Position numbers and translations under genes: made by a program. From the IMG/VR virus record IMGVR_UViG_3300008120_010307: a stretch of 20,000 nucleotides of DNA; one strand, 5' to 3'. This stretch comes from an uncultured virus (IMG/VR IMGVR_UViG_3300008120_010307) (taxonomy: Duplodnaviria; Heunggongvirae; Uroviricota; Caudoviricetes). The notes under the pieces were generated by a model. It was not told the origin of the DNA. It saw only the letters and a program-made list of their open reading frames with translations, and ran no database searches. Of this stretch, positions 18,906-20,000 are shown one piece after another. Each line of letters starts with the position of its first letter. Position 1 is the first letter of the stretch.

Positions 18906-19316
18906 ATGAAAAAAAGTTATGCGGGTGTAGTGGTAAAACACAAAAAGAAAATTTTATTTTGTAAAAGAAGTTCTAAAGTAGATTATCCAGGTGTTTGGTC
19001 AATTCCTGGAGGTACAATGGAGGAAGGCGAGTCTCCCATCCAAACAGCACGTAGAGAGTTTTTTGAAGAAATGGCTGTTGACATAGATAGTGAAACATTA
19101 AACAAAGTTGGTGTGATTCCAAGATATTCGAGAGACGGTAAGAAGTTGAAGGGTCAGATGCATGTCTTTGAGACAGAACCAATTGAAAAACTCATTCCTG
19201 ATTTATCAATTGCGATTGATGGTGAAGAACATACTGAATGTGGTTATTATACTCTCGAAGAAATGCCCCCTTCCAAAATTGGAGAGAACCTATACAATCT
19301 TTTAAAAAATATGTGA
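18906..19316 (+). CDS. NUDIX hydrolase
   Basis: WSIPGGTMEEGESPIQTARREFFEEMAV Nudix box. Confidence 0.92.
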   Translation: MKKSYAGVVVKHKKKILFCKRSSKVDYPGVWSIPGGTMEEGESPIQTARREFFEEMAVDIDSETLNKVGVIPRYSRDGKKLKGQMHVFETEPIEKLIPDLSIAIDGEEHTECGYYTLEEMPPSKIGENLYNLLKNM

Positions 19317-19317
19317 T

Positions 19318-19404
19318 ATGATTTGGTATATGATTGTTGGTTTAGTTTTCACAGGTATTGTAATTTGGTTTGAGTTACGTGAAGAAAAAGAAAAAAATCT
19401 TTGA
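19318..19404 (+). CDS. 28-aa single-pass membrane micro-peptide (absent from the ORF track)
   Basis: Translates as MIWYMIVGLVFTGIVIWFELREEKEKNL*, starting 1 nt after the NUDIX stop. Confidence 0.55.
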   Translation: MIWYMIVGLVFTGIVIWFELREEKEKNL

Positions 19405-19446
19405 AAAAATATTTTCACCAAAGGTTACTTTTTTCACTTTTCGGTA

Positions 19447-19454
19447 TATTTATA
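19447..19454 (+). promoter_or_regulatory. TATTTATA putative phage promoter motif
   Basis: Immediately upstream of the first hairpin of the structured element at 19456. Confidence 0.55.
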
Positions 19455-19455
19455 T

Positions 19456-19607
19456 GTTCTTACCCGAAAGGGTGAACATCCCCACAGATTCAAGTTTTCA
19501 ACCGAGAGGTTGGTAAAAAAACCTGAATCATACGAGACAGAAAAAGTCTCAAAAAAAGTCCCACAAGTTTGGTGTTTCAAAAAAATGTCTTATCTTTGTG
19601 GGACTTT
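19456..19607 (+). ncRNA. Candidate structured RNA A (two GNRA-capped hairpins plus two further stems)
   Basis: GTTC-TT-ACCC-GAAA-GGGT-GAAC; GATTCA..CAACC-GAGA-GGTTG..TGAATC; GAGAC/GTCTC; AAAGTCCCACAA/TTGTGGGACTTT. Confidence 0.6.
19568..19598 (+). promoter_or_regulatory. Bacteroidota-type sigma-A promoter
   Basis: TTTG at 19568-19571, a 19 nt spacer, and TATCTTTG at 19591-19598, upstream of the tRNA. Confidence 0.7.
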
Positions 19608-19636
19608 ATTATCAAAAGAAGTTCTTTAACATATTT

Positions 19637-19691
19637 CTACTCAAGGTTCAACCAGAGCATGACTTGGATGGTGACACGGGGACTTGAGTAG
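19637..19691 (+). ncRNA. Candidate structured RNA B
   Basis: Perfect 9-bp closing stem CTACTCAAG/CTTGAGTAG around a 37 nt GC-richer interior. Confidence 0.4.
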
Positions 19692-19702
19692 TTTTATTAT
19701 AG

Positions 19703-19778
19703 GGCGAGCGGGAGGTAAGGTATCTCATTGGTCTCATAAGCCAATTGAACTTGGTTCAATTCCAAGGCGTCGCAACAA
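19703..19778 (+). tRNA. tRNA-Met(CAT), initiator-like and atypical
   Basis: D arm GAGG/TCTC, anticodon arm TTGGT-CTCATAA-GCCAA, T arm CTTGG-TTCAATT-CCAAG. The acceptor GGCGAGC/GCGTCGCA has one bulge and the gene ends ACAA. Confidence 0.75.
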
Positions 19779-19964
19779 TACAGGTGAAGACTGTGGTGGA
19801 ACCCCACGGTATATGAATCCTAAAGACGCCGTCTTGATTCGCGGTATCAGAGCGGTGAGGGTATAGTTACTATAAGTCAGGAGTAATTAACCAACGACGA
19901 AAATGTAACCACCAATGTAGGAATATGTTGGTCATGATGTACAAAAGGGTACAAAAAGCCTGTA
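19779..19964 (+). ncRNA. Candidate structured RNA C (186 nt multi-stem junction)
   Basis: Closing stem TACAGGT/GCCTGTA encloses five plausible hairpins. Confidence 0.55.
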
Positions 19965-20000
19965 AATTTTTTATAAAAAACTCTTATAAAATTTGACAGT

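Noticed and set aside
10265..19182. Short antisense ORFs in the track (e.g. 10265, 11140, 11241, 12225, 13061, 13425, 14393, 15218, 16138, 16963, 17736, 17902, 18973)
   Set aside because: They overlap well-supported genes on the opposite strand and show no recognisable motifs.
19845..19862. TATCAGAGCGGTGAGGG resembles the 5' part of a SAM-I riboswitch
   Set aside because: The downstream conserved elements (GCAACC, GTGC, the P1 partner) are missing and no gene follows within the window.
19684..19866. 60-aa ORF from the track
   Set aside because: It has a TTG start and overlaps the tRNA and the structured RNA.
19786..19868. GAAGACTG and GTATAGTT resemble group I intron P7 strands
   Set aside because: The pairing is weak, no P3-P6 core or interrupted gene is seen, and both segments fit local hairpins better.

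Overview
Segment of a large AT-rich bacteriophage genome, probably a jumbo phage. The host is inferred to be Bacteroidota from two TTTG-N19/20-TAnnTTTG promoters and the absence of Shine-Dalgarno sites. Bases 1-8042 hold three tandem, stop/start-coupled collagen-like fibre genes. Each ends in an autocleaving S74-type chaperone and all three follow a 7-unit periodicity. Bases 8039-10883 are a minus-strand block with two HExxH proteins, an acidic protein and an unannotated MGCGCK micro-protein. Bases 10971-16329 are a plus-strand run of hypotheticals followed by a sulfotransferase, a DUF3310 protein, an APS kinase, a HIGH-type nucleotidyltransferase and a DNA methyltransferase, which together form a candidate phage PAPS-synthesis and sulfation module. 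Bases 16375-19404 encode ferritin-like, peptidoglycan-binding, DHH, DUF192 and NUDIX proteins plus a membrane micro-peptide. Bases 19447-19964 are a non-coding cluster with an atypical initiator-like tRNA(CAT) and three structured RNA candidates. All calls come from reading motifs by eye; no searches were run.
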